Source of the DNA: an uncultured Verrucomicrobiota bacterium
GTDB lineage: Bacteria; Verrucomicrobiota; Kiritimatiellia; CAIKKV01; CAITUY01
Length of the DNA stretch: 64,000 bases
Assembly (NCBI GenBank): GCA_964535015.1
Contig: CAZHRU010000003.1
Location: forward strand, 3,940 to 67,939
Direction: 5' to 3'
Below, piece by piece: positions 45,557-55,159 of the stretch. The number at the start of each line of letters is the position of its first letter. Position 1 is the first letter of the stretch. A program made the position numbers and the translations under genes. The notes beneath the pieces were generated by a model. It saw only the letters and a list, made by a program, of their open reading frames with translations. It made no database searches and was not told where the DNA came from.

Positions 45557-46345
45557 TTACGGGAAGTTGATATCCAACTGGGTCGTGAACATGTTGGAAC
45601 CCGCGAGACTGGGTTCTTCCCACATGTCGTACCCGAAGATCACGGAGACGTTCTTGGAGAAGGCCCAGGCCGCGCCGAAACTCAGGCCGCTCAGGGCGTT
45701 GTTCCCGCCCTGATAATCCACGGCGACCCACAGTTTGTCCGAGATCTCGCTCACGGTGCGGTCCCACGACAGAAGGATGCCGTCGGCGGCTTCGTTGCCG
45801 TTCTTATCCAGCAACACATCGCCGTTCCCGCTGTAGTAGCCGGCCGAAAAGCGGCCGAGGGACGGAATGGCACCGAAGGCCGGCATTGTCTTGGCCGCGA
45901 GACCATAGACGATGTTCTGGTCAGTTCGCGTGGGGCTGTTCTCCTTCGAATGGGTGCCGAAGTTGAACCCGCCTACCGCGAGGGCCGGTGAGTAGGGGCA
46001 CAAGGCATCCTCGGCCACGCCCACCTTGGCGTTGAAATAGAACGGGTGGTCGTCATAGGCCGTTCCATTCACCAGATAGTCGGCGCCGACTTCCGCCTTG
46101 ATGGTTTCGAACGGAAGGACGCCGACGGTGATGCCGACATCATAGACGTTGGGGTCCCGCTCGCCCGCGGTGAACCGTCCGTTGTCCGAGGACCGGACGT
46201 AGTTGTCCAATCCGAGATGCCAGACGTTAAACGGTTGAATGTCCGTGGAGGGAATCCAGATCTGGGTTGAAGGGGTTGCCATGCCCAGATTGGCCGAGCC
46301 TGAACACAGTACGCCTGCGATGAGTCCTGCGATTGTCTTTTTCAT
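45557..46345 (-). CDS. Outer-membrane beta-barrel (porin-like) protein, downstream of glnK.
   Basis: Signal peptide MKKTIAGLIAGVLCSGSA. Alternating-hydrophobic beta-strands. C-terminal ...QLDINFP. Start at 46345. Confidence 0.5.
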   Translation of the reverse strand: MKKTIAGLIAGVLCSGSANLGMATPSTQIWIPSTDIQPFNVWHLGLDNYVRSSDNGRFTAGERDPNVYDVGITVGVLPFETIKAEVGADYLVNGTAYDDHPFYFNAKVGVAEDALCPYSPALAVGGFNFGTHSKENSPTRTDQNIVYGLAAKTMPAFGAIPSLGRFSAGYYSGNGDVLLDKNGNEAADGILLSWDRTVSEISDKLWVAVDYQGGNNALSGLSFGAAWAFSKNVSVIFGYDMWEEPSLAGSNMFTTQLDINFP

Positions 46346-46434
46346 AGTACACTTACCTTTCTTTTGTTTGTTTTGTCTGGTTATGAGTTGCGGGATGGCG
46401 CACCACCCGGGGCGCCATCCCATCCGGGGAATGA

Positions 46435-46776
46435 TTATCCGATGGCGGGACCTCCTGTTTCTCCGGTCCGGATGCGGATGCATTCGGCAAGGTCCAGGAC
46501 GAAGATCTTTCCGTCCCCGACTTTCCCTGTTCGGGCCGCTCCGGTGATGGCCTCGATTGTCGGCTTCACGAAGTCGTCGTTCACCGCGATCTCCAGTTTC
46601 ACTTTCTTCAGCAAGGTCCCGGCCTCCTTATGACTACGGTAGACTTGGGCGATACCGCCCTGCCGGCCGCGTCCCATGACGCTGGTCACGGTGACCAGAT
46701 GGATCTGGTTGGCGGTCAACTGTTCCAGGACTTCTTCCATCCGGTCCGGTTGAATAATGGCTACGATGTATTTCAT
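46435..46776 (-). CDS. glnK: Nitrogen regulatory protein P-II (GlnK/GlnB).
   Basis: Family segment MKYIVAIIQPDRMEEV...TGAARTGKVGDGKIFV...IRIRTGE. Start 46776; the track ORF is extended. Confidence 0.9.
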   Translation of the reverse strand: MKYIVAIIQPDRMEEVLEQLTANQIHLVTVTSVMGRGRQGGIAQVYRSHKEAGTLLKKVKLEIAVNDDFVKPTIEAITGAARTGKVGDGKIFVLDLAECIRIRTGETGGPAIG

Positions 46777-46819
46777 GTTATTTTGTTCCTTCCGTTCTTT
46801 GTTGTATTCATTAGGGGAC

Positions 46820-48184
46820 TCAATCCAGCATTGTGTAACCGGTTTCACGGTGATCCGTGAGATCCAGGCCGATCCGCTCGGATTGTTCGGTGGCGCGCAG
46901 GCCGATCGTCTTATCCACGAGTTTCAGCAGGACAAAACTGGCCACGGCGGAATATGCCACGGTGACGGCGACGGCCTTGAGTTGGATCAGGAACTGGCCG
47001 GGGTTTCCGTAGAACAGGCCGTTGGCGCCCGCGCTATTGACGGTGGTGGTTGCCCACAACCCGGTGGCTAGGGCGCCCCAGATTCCGCCCACGCAGTGGA
47101 CGCCGAAGGCATCCAGGGCGTCATCGTATCCGAGTTTCTCCTTCAGGACGCTGACGAACAGGTAGCAGATGACGCCTGCGCCGATGCCGATGCCGATGGC
47201 ACCGCCGACGTTGACGAAGCCCGCGGCGGGGGTAATGGCAACCAGGCCGGCCACCGCGCCGGAGATCATGCCCAGCATGGTCATGCGCCGGTTGAACGCC
47301 ACATCCATCAGTGCCCAGGCCAGACCCGCCACGGCGGAAGCCACATGCGTCACCACGAAGGCATTGCCCGCCAAGCCATTGGCGCCGAGCGCGCTTCCGG
47401 CGTTGAACCCGTACCAGCCGAACCACAGCAGGGATGCGCCCATGACGGCGAACGGCAGGTTATGGGGCGGCGAGATTTTGTGGGGGTGCCCCAGGCGGCG
47501 TCCCAGCACCAGGGCGGCGACCAGGGCCGCGATACCGGCGTTGATATGGACCACGGTGCCGCCGGCAAAGTCCAGTGCGCCCATTTTACGGAGGAATCCG
47601 CCGACGCCCCACACCCAGTGGCACACGGGGTCATAGACGAGGGTGGACCAGAGCACCATGAAGACGGCGAAGGCGGCGAACTTCATACGTTCGGCAAAGG
47701 CGCCGATGATCAGGCCGGGAGTGATGACGGCAAACATCATTTGAAAGACCATGAAGACCTGGTGCGGTATGGTGCCGGCGTAGTCGGCATTGGGTTCCAT
47801 TCCCACCATCTTCAGCATCGCCCAATCCAGATTGCCGATTACTCCCTTGATGTCAGGGCCGAACGAGAGACTATACCCGAACAGTACCCATTGCAGGCTG
47901 ACGGCGCACATCAGGAAGAAGCACTGCATCAGGATCGAGAGCACGTTCTTCTTTCTAACCAGGCCCCCGTAGAACAGGGCGAGGCCCGGGATGGTCATCA
48001 GCATCACCAGAGCGGTGCTGACGAGGACCCAGGCGGTATCGCCCGAGTTCACGGCGGAGGCGACAACTGCAACCGGCGCCGCCGTTGTTGCGGCGGTCTC
48101 ATCCGCCAGAGCGGCGCTTGTGCCCGCCAGTGCCAATCCCGTTCCCATTAGTAACGTCATCCATCCTCTCGTTTTCACCTTCAT
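46820..48184 (-). CDS. amt: Ammonium transporter (Amt/MEP family).
   Basis: GGAGGA RBS, then MKVKTRGW... at 48184. Signal peptide plus ~11 TM helices. Family segments ...GGTVVHINAGIAALV... and ...DDALDAFGVHCVGGIWG.... glnK lies immediately downstream. Confidence 0.9.
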   Translation of the reverse strand: MKVKTRGWMTLLMGTGLALAGTSAALADETAATTAAPVAVVASAVNSGDTAWVLVSTALVMLMTIPGLALFYGGLVRKKNVLSILMQCFFLMCAVSLQWVLFGYSLSFGPDIKGVIGNLDWAMLKMVGMEPNADYAGTIPHQVFMVFQMMFAVITPGLIIGAFAERMKFAAFAVFMVLWSTLVYDPVCHWVWGVGGFLRKMGALDFAGGTVVHINAGIAALVAALVLGRRLGHPHKISPPHNLPFAVMGASLLWFGWYGFNAGSALGANGLAGNAFVVTHVASAVAGLAWALMDVAFNRRMTMLGMISGAVAGLVAITPAAGFVNVGGAIGIGIGAGVICYLFVSVLKEKLGYDDALDAFGVHCVGGIWGALATGLWATTTVNSAGANGLFYGNPGQFLIQLKAVAVTVAYSAVASFVLLKLVDKTIGLRATEQSERIGLDLTDHRETGYTMLD

Positions 48185-48473
48185 TCCTCCTTCTTCTGTT
48201 GAGCTTCTCATTGTGTGACTCCAACCATTGTTGTCTGGGTCTATATCATGATGTGTGCCAACCCTTGTCCTGTGCAGGTGTCGCAAGTCGCAAGTGGCTT
48301 GTGAGAAATGACATACAGATAATATTATTGTGGGGCGCCAGGCGGGTCGCTTGAATTACTATGATTCAATTATGTAGGTGAGATTGGCAAACATACAGAA
48401 CTGTAACTCATTTACCTGTATCGAACACGGTGAAGGTTTGCATGGATTTCTCTCCTGGGGCAGACCGTGCTGA

Positions 48474-48658
48474 ACATGTCAGGGATGCCGTGGATGTTCA
48501 CCGTTTGCCTCCACCGGCGCAAGGCCGGTGGGCGGCGAAGTCACGGGGATGCCGGTGGGCGGCGAAGTCACGGGGATGCCGGTGGGCGGCGAAGTCACGG
48601 GGATGCCGTGGACGTTCAACGTTTGCCTCCACCGGCGCAAGGCCGGTGGGCGGCGAAG
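48474..48658. repeat. Complex tandem repeat: 27-bp unit GGTGGGCGGCGAAGTCACGGGGATGCC x3 (plus partial copies) interleaved with two 37-bp hairpin units (...GTTTGCCTCCACCGGC-GCAAG-GCCGGTGG...).
   Basis: Direct reading of 48482-48658. 8-bp perfect stems with GCAAG loops. Intergenic, between the amt and tetR promoters. The overlapping track ORFs 48430..48726 and 48467..48733 are repeat artefacts. Confidence 0.85.
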
Positions 48659-48766
48659 GCATCTGGGCAGGTGTGGGGTGGTTTGGATTGCAAAGAGGTG
48701 TTGACGGGCATGGCGAAAAAGATTAATGAGTAAGCACTTACTTATTCAGGAGAGAGGGGTTTCAGA

Positions 48767-49423
48767 GTGGCCAGGCCGATTTCCATCCAGACCGACGTGA
48801 TCCTGAGAGCCGCCCGCACGATGTTCATGCGGGATGGATACCGGGCCAGTACCGCCCGGATTGCCCGGGAGGCCGGGGTTTCGGAGGGGTCGGTCTTCAA
48901 GCATTTCAAAAGCAAGGCCAACCTGTTCCTGACGGCGATGGAAGTGGAGGCGGGTGATCCGGCGTGGGAGACGCATCTGCTGGAGGGCGCCGGGCGTGTG
49001 GACCCGCAGGAGGCGCTTGAATCGGCCGGGTTGCAGCTTCTCAAGCAATTGCGGCTGACGTTGCCGCGGTTGATGATGGTCAACGCGAGCGGGGTGACGA
49101 TCCCGAATCACCATGTGCCCGGTGAGCGACCCTGTCCGCTCCAGAAGATGGATGTGTTGCGCCGGTATTTCACGGCCGAAGTCCGTTGCGGGCGGCTGGC
49201 GATGGACTCTCCCCAGATCCAGGCGCATTTGTTTATCGGGGCGTTGGCGCATTACGCCTGGTGCGAGACGTTGTTCGGGCACCGGTCGGGTTCCCCGGCG
49301 TCGTATGTGCGGGGGCTCGTGGATACGATTTTGAGGGCGACTCGGGCGCCGTTGAGCGGGCGCAAGGGGCCGCGGTTGTCCTGTGGAACGATGCAAGGAA
49401 AGAAGACAAGAGGGATCAAGTGA
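48767..49423 (+). CDS. TetR/AcrR-family transcriptional regulator.
   Basis: N-terminal HTH ILRAARTMFMRDGYRASTARIAREAGVSEGSVFKHFKSK. Confidence 0.85.
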   Translation: MARPISIQTDVILRAARTMFMRDGYRASTARIAREAGVSEGSVFKHFKSKANLFLTAMEVEAGDPAWETHLLEGAGRVDPQEALESAGLQLLKQLRLTLPRLMMVNASGVTIPNHHVPGERPCPLQKMDVLRRYFTAEVRCGRLAMDSPQIQAHLFIGALAHYAWCETLFGHRSGSPASYVRGLVDTILRATRAPLSGRKGPRLSCGTMQGKKTRGIK

Positions 49424-50871
49424 TGAAAGCAACTCGTGTTCATATCCTGTTGGCGTCCAGTCTGGCCTTCTGGGTGGCCGGGTGTGTGCAGGTGCCGCCG
49501 CCTGCCTCGCGGGTCGAGGTTTGGACGCCGCCGGACGACGCGCGCCAATCGGACGTGTCGTGGCGTGAAGTCCGCGCCCAGGCGGTTCCCGATCTGGACA
49601 AGCCGCTGTCGCTGTACAGTCTGGCCGCTCTTGCCTTGGAGAACAACCCGGCCACCCGCAAGGCGTGGAATGAGGCGCGGGCGGCTTCCGAGCAGGTCCG
49701 TTATGCCGAGGGCTACTTCATGCCTAGCGTGACCGCAGTGGCCGGGCTCACGCGGGTGAATGTTGCCGCCCATCCGGAGAGTTATGATGAGAACAAGATG
49801 ACCTATGGGCCGGGGCTTCAGTTAAATTACCTGGTCTGCAACTTCGGGGGCGGGCGGAATGCCGCCGTGGAGCAGGCGTTGCAGACGGTCTATGCCGCCA
49901 ACTTCGCCTTCAATCGCGCCATCCAGGACACGTTGTTGGGGGTGGAGATCGCCTATTACGGTGTGATCAGTGCGCAGGCGGGGGTGGAGGCGGCGGCCAC
50001 GAATGCCTTGGATGCCAAGGCGATCCTGGCGGCGGCCACCGACCGGCGTGATGCGGGGTTGGGAATTGATCTGGAGGTTCTGCAGGCGCAAGCGGTGTAC
50101 GACCAAGCGCTCTATGCCCTGGTAGCGGCAGAGGGGCAGAGGAAGATTGCGCAGGGACTGTTGGCGCAGGCCGTGCACCTGCCGGCCGATACGTCAATCC
50201 CGCTCGCCCCGCCTGAGGGGGACATGCCGGCCTCGCTCTCCGGGCGTGATATTCGGGGGCTGATTGACGCGGCGCTGGCGCGCCGGCCGGACCTGGCGGC
50301 GTTGCGGGCGACCCTGGCGTCGCGGGAGGCCTCCGTCCGGGTGGGCCGCGCATCGCGGTGGCCGTCGCTTTATCTCAACGGGGCGGTGATGCGTGACTAC
50401 TATGAACTTTACGGGGCGAGCAACCGTGGTGTGGCCTCGGATGATTGGTCGTACACGGGCGGGGCAAGTTTGAAGTGGAATCTCTTTGACGGGTTCCAGA
50501 CCCTGAGTTCCGTGCGCACAGCCGAGGCGCAGGCCGAGGCCGCGCGGGCACAACTCCGGCAGGCGGAACTGGCGGCTGGCTCCGAGGTGTGGGCCAGGTT
50601 CCACAACTACGAGACGGCCCTCCGCAAGTATGAATCCAGTCTCGTCGTCCTGAAGAGTGCGATGGCGGCGCGGGAATTGTCCCTTGAGAGTTACAAGTCC
50701 GGTGTCAAGACACTGCTCGATCTGCTGAATGCCGAGACCCAGTTATCGCAAGCCCGCAGTCAGCAGGTGGCGGTGCGGCAGGAGGTCTTCTCGGCCTTGG
50801 CCTATTTGACCCATGTGACGGGACTCACGGAAAAGGGTCATCACGGGATTGCTCAACCGCAACAACAGTGA
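49423..50871 (+). CDS. Outer-membrane efflux protein (OMF; TolC/NodT family lipoprotein).
   Basis: Lipobox MKATRVHILLASSLAFWVAGC. Two TolC-like repeat halves. TGATG overlap with tetR. Confidence 0.8.
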   Translation: MKATRVHILLASSLAFWVAGCVQVPPPASRVEVWTPPDDARQSDVSWREVRAQAVPDLDKPLSLYSLAALALENNPATRKAWNEARAASEQVRYAEGYFMPSVTAVAGLTRVNVAAHPESYDENKMTYGPGLQLNYLVCNFGGGRNAAVEQALQTVYAANFAFNRAIQDTLLGVEIAYYGVISAQAGVEAAATNALDAKAILAAATDRRDAGLGIDLEVLQAQAVYDQALYALVAAEGQRKIAQGLLAQAVHLPADTSIPLAPPEGDMPASLSGRDIRGLIDAALARRPDLAALRATLASREASVRVGRASRWPSLYLNGAVMRDYYELYGASNRGVASDDWSYTGGASLKWNLFDGFQTLSSVRTAEAQAEAARAQLRQAELAAGSEVWARFHNYETALRKYESSLVVLKSAMAARELSLESYKSGVKTLLDLLNAETQLSQARSQQVAVRQEVFSALAYLTHVTGLTEKGHHGIAQPQQQ

Positions 50872-50897
50872 CTTTGCAGAGAAAGGGAAATCAAAGG

Positions 50898-52031
50898 ATG
50901 AAAACCAAACTTCACGGATCGGTAGTTGTAGTCGCCGCCACGGTGTTGGCGATGGCACTGTGTGCCTGTGGTAAGAAACAAGCCGCCGCTTTCCAGCCGC
51001 CGCCGGCGATGGTGAGTATGGCGACAGCGGTCCAGGCGGATACTCCTGTTGTCATCGCGGCCTATGGAACGATCCAGGATCGGGAAAGCGTGGACGTGGT
51101 CCCCCAGGTGTCGGGGATTCTGCTGTCCATCCTGGTACAGGAAGGGGCGGTGGTGACCAACGGTCAGCCGCTTTTCCAGATTGATCCGCGCGACTATCAG
51201 GTTCGAGTGGAGCAGGCGGAAAGCATGGTGGCGATTGACCGGGCGAACCTTGACCAGGGGCGTGCCACGTTACAGCGCAACCAAGGACTGCTGGAGAAGC
51301 GTCTGATTGCGCCGGACACCTTTGACAACATCAAGACCAAGGTGGCGGCGTTGGAGTCGCAACTGAGGATGGATGAGGCGGGGTTGGCGCAGGCCCGGCT
51401 CAATCTCGCCCGCTGCACCATTTCCGCCCCAATCGGCGGTGTCTGTTCCAAGCGGTATGTTGACGCGGGGAATCTGGTGGCCGCCGGAATGTCCCGTCTG
51501 ATCAACGTCCGCAGTTACGATCCCCTGCGCCTCGAGTGTTCGGTCTCCGAGCAGTACTTGCCGGCGCTTCGGAGTGCCTTGTCAGCGGGGGCGCTGGCCG
51601 TATCGGTGACGGCCCGTGGCGATACCAATGTCTACTGGGGCACGGTGTCGTTCATGGACAATGCGGTGAATCCGGTGGCTGGAACCATCCTGTTGCGGGG
51701 CGAGATTCCGAATCCGGCCCTGAACCTATGGGCCAACCAGTTTGTGAACGTTCAGATTACGGTGGCGTCCGTTCCAGGCGCCATCCTGGTCCCGGAGAGC
51801 GCTGTGCAACTGGGCAAGCGGGGCCCCTATCTCTATGTGGTGGGCGCGGATCAAAAGGCTGTAATACGACCGGTCAAGACCGGGGTTCGGCGGAACGACT
51901 GGATTCAGATCACCGAGGGAGTGGCTGCTGGCGAAACGGTGGTTTCGCTGGGGCAGATCAAGTTGTATCCGGGGGTGACGGTTGTGGATCCGGCCAAGAT
52001 GCCGCCGGCGGCTGGTCTTAAGCCCCATTGA
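50898..52031 (+). CDS. RND efflux periplasmic adaptor (membrane fusion protein, AcrA/HlyD family).
   Basis: Lipobox ...AMALCACGKK. Biotinyl/lipoyl-like and beta-barrel domains. Family segment ...RLNLARCTISAPIGGV.... Confidence 0.85.
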   Translation: MKTKLHGSVVVVAATVLAMALCACGKKQAAAFQPPPAMVSMATAVQADTPVVIAAYGTIQDRESVDVVPQVSGILLSILVQEGAVVTNGQPLFQIDPRDYQVRVEQAESMVAIDRANLDQGRATLQRNQGLLEKRLIAPDTFDNIKTKVAALESQLRMDEAGLAQARLNLARCTISAPIGGVCSKRYVDAGNLVAAGMSRLINVRSYDPLRLECSVSEQYLPALRSALSAGALAVSVTARGDTNVYWGTVSFMDNAVNPVAGTILLRGEIPNPALNLWANQFVNVQITVASVPGAILVPESAVQLGKRGPYLYVVGADQKAVIRPVKTGVRRNDWIQITEGVAAGETVVSLGQIKLYPGVTVVDPAKMPPAAGLKPH

Positions 52032-52057
52032 AGTACGAGGGAATCACGGAGGTTGCA

Positions 52058-55000
52058 ATGACGTTTTCAGAAGTATTCATCCGGCGGCCAGTCATGACAA
52101 TTCTGGTCACCGTTCTCATGGTGGTTGGCGGGGTCTGGGCTTATTTACGGCTTCCAGTCAACAGTCTGCCGACGGTGGACTATCCCGTGATTCAGGTGAC
52201 GGTTGCCTATCCTGGTGCCAGTCCGGCCACGATGGCCTCGGCGGTGGCCACGCCGCTTGAAAATGAATTCACGCAGATCAACGGGCTACAGTTCATGTAT
52301 TCGGACAACAAGCAGGGGGTCAGCACCATTACGCTGACCTTCAGTTTGAGCCGCAACGTGGATCTGGTGGCGCCGGATGTCCAGGCGGCTATCACGCGGG
52401 CGGCGCGTAACCTGCCCACCGATCTGCCGAGTCCGCCCATCTACAAGAAGTTCAACCCGTCGGATTCGCCGATTTTCTACCTGATGGTCTATTCCGAGAC
52501 CATGCCCCACGGCGAACTCTATGACTACGCCAACCAGGTGGTGGCGCGGAAACTCAGTATGGTCGAAGGGGTGTCGAAGGTGGAGGTGTTTGGTTCCAAG
52601 CGTGCCGTGCGCATCCAGTTCAGTCCCGAGAAACTGGCCGCCTACCAGATTGGCGTGGACGAGTTGGCCCTGGCGCTCCAGGCGGGGACGGTCAACATTC
52701 CCGGCGGCAGTTTGAACGGCGCGTCGCGCACCTACACCATCGAGCCGCAGGGGCAACTCCGCACCGCCCGCGAATTTGAAAACCTGGTCGTTGCCTCGCG
52801 TCTGGGCGCGCCGGTCCGGTTGCGGGATGTCGCCACGTGCGTTGACAGCATTGGCAACGAGTTGGTGAACATCCGGTTCAGTCCGCCGGGCCGCCCGGAC
52901 TATGAAAAATGCGTGGTAATGCCTGTGTCGCGCGTGAGCGGGGCGAATACGGTGGCGGTGGCGGACCGGGTGGTCAAGGCGCTGGAAGAGGCCAGGCGAG
53001 AACTGCCTTCCATGGTTCAACTGGAGATCATGTTCAACGGCGCCGATCCCATCCGTGAATCACTCCATGATGTTCAGGTCACGGTTATCATCGCGCTGGT
53101 CATGGTGGTGCTGGTGATCTTCTTCTTCCTGGGGCGTGTTCGCGAGACCATCATTCCGGCTATTGTCCTGCCGATTTCCCTGTTGGGAACCTTTGCCATG
53201 ATGCTGCCGGTGGGGTTCAATCTTGATACCCTTTCGCTGATGGGCATCATCCTGGCCGTGGGGTTCCTGGTGGATGACGCCATTGTGGTGCTGGAGAACA
53301 CGGTGCGCCATCTTGAGGAAGGCCTGAAGCCCATCCCCGCGGCGCTGAAGAGCATGAAGGAAATCTCGTTCACCGTGATTTCCACGAGTGCGGCGCTGGT
53401 CATTGTGTTCCTGCCGCTGGTGTTCATGACGGGGGCGGTGGGGCGGAACCTGAGGGAATTCGCCTTGACGGTCATTTTCGCTGTCATTGTTTCCACCGTT
53501 CTGGCGCTGACGTTGTCGCCCATGATGTGTGCGCGTATCCTGCACCGCGCCAAGGATCCGAACCGGATCCAGCGTTCCATCACCGGGTTTATTGCGGGGA
53601 TGGTGCGGATATACGGGCGTGCGCTCCATTTCCAACTGCGGCACAAGTGGTTGGCCCTGGTGGCCTGGTTGCTTTGCATCGTGGGGGCCGTCGTGTTGTA
53701 CTTCAAGATACCCGGGGACTTCCTGCCGCCGGGGGATAGCAGTTTCATCATGGGTCCGATGCTCATGCCCCAGGGTGCTTCCACTGAGCAGATGCAAGCC
53801 TACCAGGCCAAGGTGACGGCGCTGATCAAGCAGGATCCCAACGTCACTAAACTCGGGAGCGTCACGGGATTCATGCCCGGGTCGGACCAGAGTCTGGGGT
53901 TTGTGTTCATCCGGCTGAAACCCCCGAAGGGTCGGCCGCCGATTGATCAGATTGCCATGAAACTCATGATGCAGTTGATGGCGATTCCGGATGGTTTCTG
54001 TGCCCTGCGTCCGGCGCCGGTGCTCAAGATCAGTTCGGGAGGCGATCCGACGGCGGTTGGCAGTGACTACGCGTACTTGCTCAAGGGGTTGGACCGCGAG
54101 ACGGTCTATTCGACGGCCCTGCAGTTGCAGAGGGAGATGAGTACCATAGGCCTTTTGAATCCGATGACCATCCAGAACAGTGTCAAGTTGGGGATGCCGA
54201 TGCTCAACGTCGCGCTTGACCGGGACCGGGCCTCGGCGTTGGGGATCACGGCCGGTTCCATTGAGCGGGCACTGGCGCTGGCGTTTGCGGGGGGGTATGT
54301 GGCCCAGTTCACGACCGACCAGGACCAGTACCAGGTCATACCGGAAATCCAGAAGTCCAGCCAGCGGTTGCCGGATGATTTGGCGTTGCTCTATTTGCGG
54401 TCCGCCCAGGGGGGATTGGTTCCCATGAAGTCCATTATTCAGTGGCGTGAGACGGCGGGGCCCCAGAGTGTTCCGCATGCGCAGCAGCATGATGCCGCTG
54501 TTATTTCGTTCAGTGCGTGGCCGGGGATTCCGCTGGGGGTGGTGCTCGGGGAAGTGGAGAAGAAGATAGCGTCCGTTCTGCCGCCGACGGTACACGGGGA
54601 GTTCATTGGCGACGCCCTGGAATTCCGGAAATCCATTGCGAGTCTGGGGTTGTTGCTGTTGATCGCCATCTTCCTCAAATACATCATTCTCGGGATTCTC
54701 TATGAGAGTTACATTCATCCTATCACGATTCTCACGACCCTGCCGGTGGCTCTATTTGGCGGGTTCCTGACGCTTTTCATCTTTGGCAGTACGTTGTCGC
54801 TCTATGCCTACATCGGGGTATTCGTGCTGTTGGGGTTGATCACCAAGAACGGGATTCTGATGGTGGACTTTGCGTTGCAGAGGAAGGCCGAGGGCATGAA
54901 CAGTTACGACGCCATTCACAGTGCCTGTGTGGTCCGGTTCCGTCCGATTCTCATGACGGGGTTATGCGCCATTCTGGGGGCGGTGCCGATTGCCTTCGGG

Positions 55001-55159
55001 TATGGGGCGGATGCGTCCAGCCGGGTTCCGCTTGGACTGGTGGTGATGGGCGGGATGATTTTCGCGCAGGTGATTACGTTGTTTGTAACGCCCGGGATTT
55101 ATCTCTACATGGAGAAAATCCAGGAACGCCTGTTCAAGGCGAGGACGGATCTGGAGTAG
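52058..55159 (+). CDS. RND efflux permease (AcrB/HAE1 family, 12-TM).
   Basis: N-terminal segment MTFSEVFIRRPVMTILVTVLMVVGG...LPTVDYPVIQVTVAYPGASP. ~1030 aa. ACGGAGG RBS. Confidence 0.9.
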   Translation: MTFSEVFIRRPVMTILVTVLMVVGGVWAYLRLPVNSLPTVDYPVIQVTVAYPGASPATMASAVATPLENEFTQINGLQFMYSDNKQGVSTITLTFSLSRNVDLVAPDVQAAITRAARNLPTDLPSPPIYKKFNPSDSPIFYLMVYSETMPHGELYDYANQVVARKLSMVEGVSKVEVFGSKRAVRIQFSPEKLAAYQIGVDELALALQAGTVNIPGGSLNGASRTYTIEPQGQLRTAREFENLVVASRLGAPVRLRDVATCVDSIGNELVNIRFSPPGRPDYEKCVVMPVSRVSGANTVAVADRVVKALEEARRELPSMVQLEIMFNGADPIRESLHDVQVTVIIALVMVVLVIFFFLGRVRETIIPAIVLPISLLGTFAMMLPVGFNLDTLSLMGIILAVGFLVDDAIVVLENTVRHLEEGLKPIPAALKSMKEISFTVISTSAALVIVFLPLVFMTGAVGRNLREFALTVIFAVIVSTVLALTLSPMMCARILHRAKDPNRIQRSITGFIAGMVRIYGRALHFQLRHKWLALVAWLLCIVGAVVLYFKIPGDFLPPGDSSFIMGPMLMPQGASTEQMQAYQAKVTALIKQDPNVTKLGSVTGFMPGSDQSLGFVFIRLKPPKGRPPIDQIAMKLMMQLMAIPDGFCALRPAPVLKISSGGDPTAVGSDYAYLLKGLDRETVYSTALQLQREMSTIGLLNPMTIQNSVKLGMPMLNVALDRDRASALGITAGSIERALALAFAGGYVAQFTTDQDQYQVIPEIQKSSQRLPDDLALLYLRSAQGGLVPMKSIIQWRETAGPQSVPHAQQHDAAVISFSAWPGIPLGVVLGEVEKKIASVLPPTVHGEFIGDALEFRKSIASLGLLLLIAIFLKYIILGILYESYIHPITILTTLPVALFGGFLTLFIFGSTLSLYAYIGVFVLLGLITKNGILMVDFALQRKAEGMNSYDAIHSACVVRFRPILMTGLCAILGAVPIAFGYGADASSRVPLGLVVMGGMIFAQVITLFVTPGIYLYMEKIQERLFKARTDLE

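Noticed and set aside
48185-48430. Searched the amt upstream region for a canonical sigma-54 promoter (TGGCAC-N5-TTGCW).
   Set aside because: Only partial matches (TGGCAC without a properly spaced GC element). It cannot be called from sequence alone.
48430-48733. ORFs 48430..48726 and 48467..48733 with internally repeated peptide (RWAAKSRGC x3). CRISPR also considered for the 27-bp array.
   Set aside because: The repetition is a direct consequence of the 27-bp DNA tandem repeat. There are no unique spacers between repeats, no cas genes and no leader, so it is neither a gene nor a CRISPR array.
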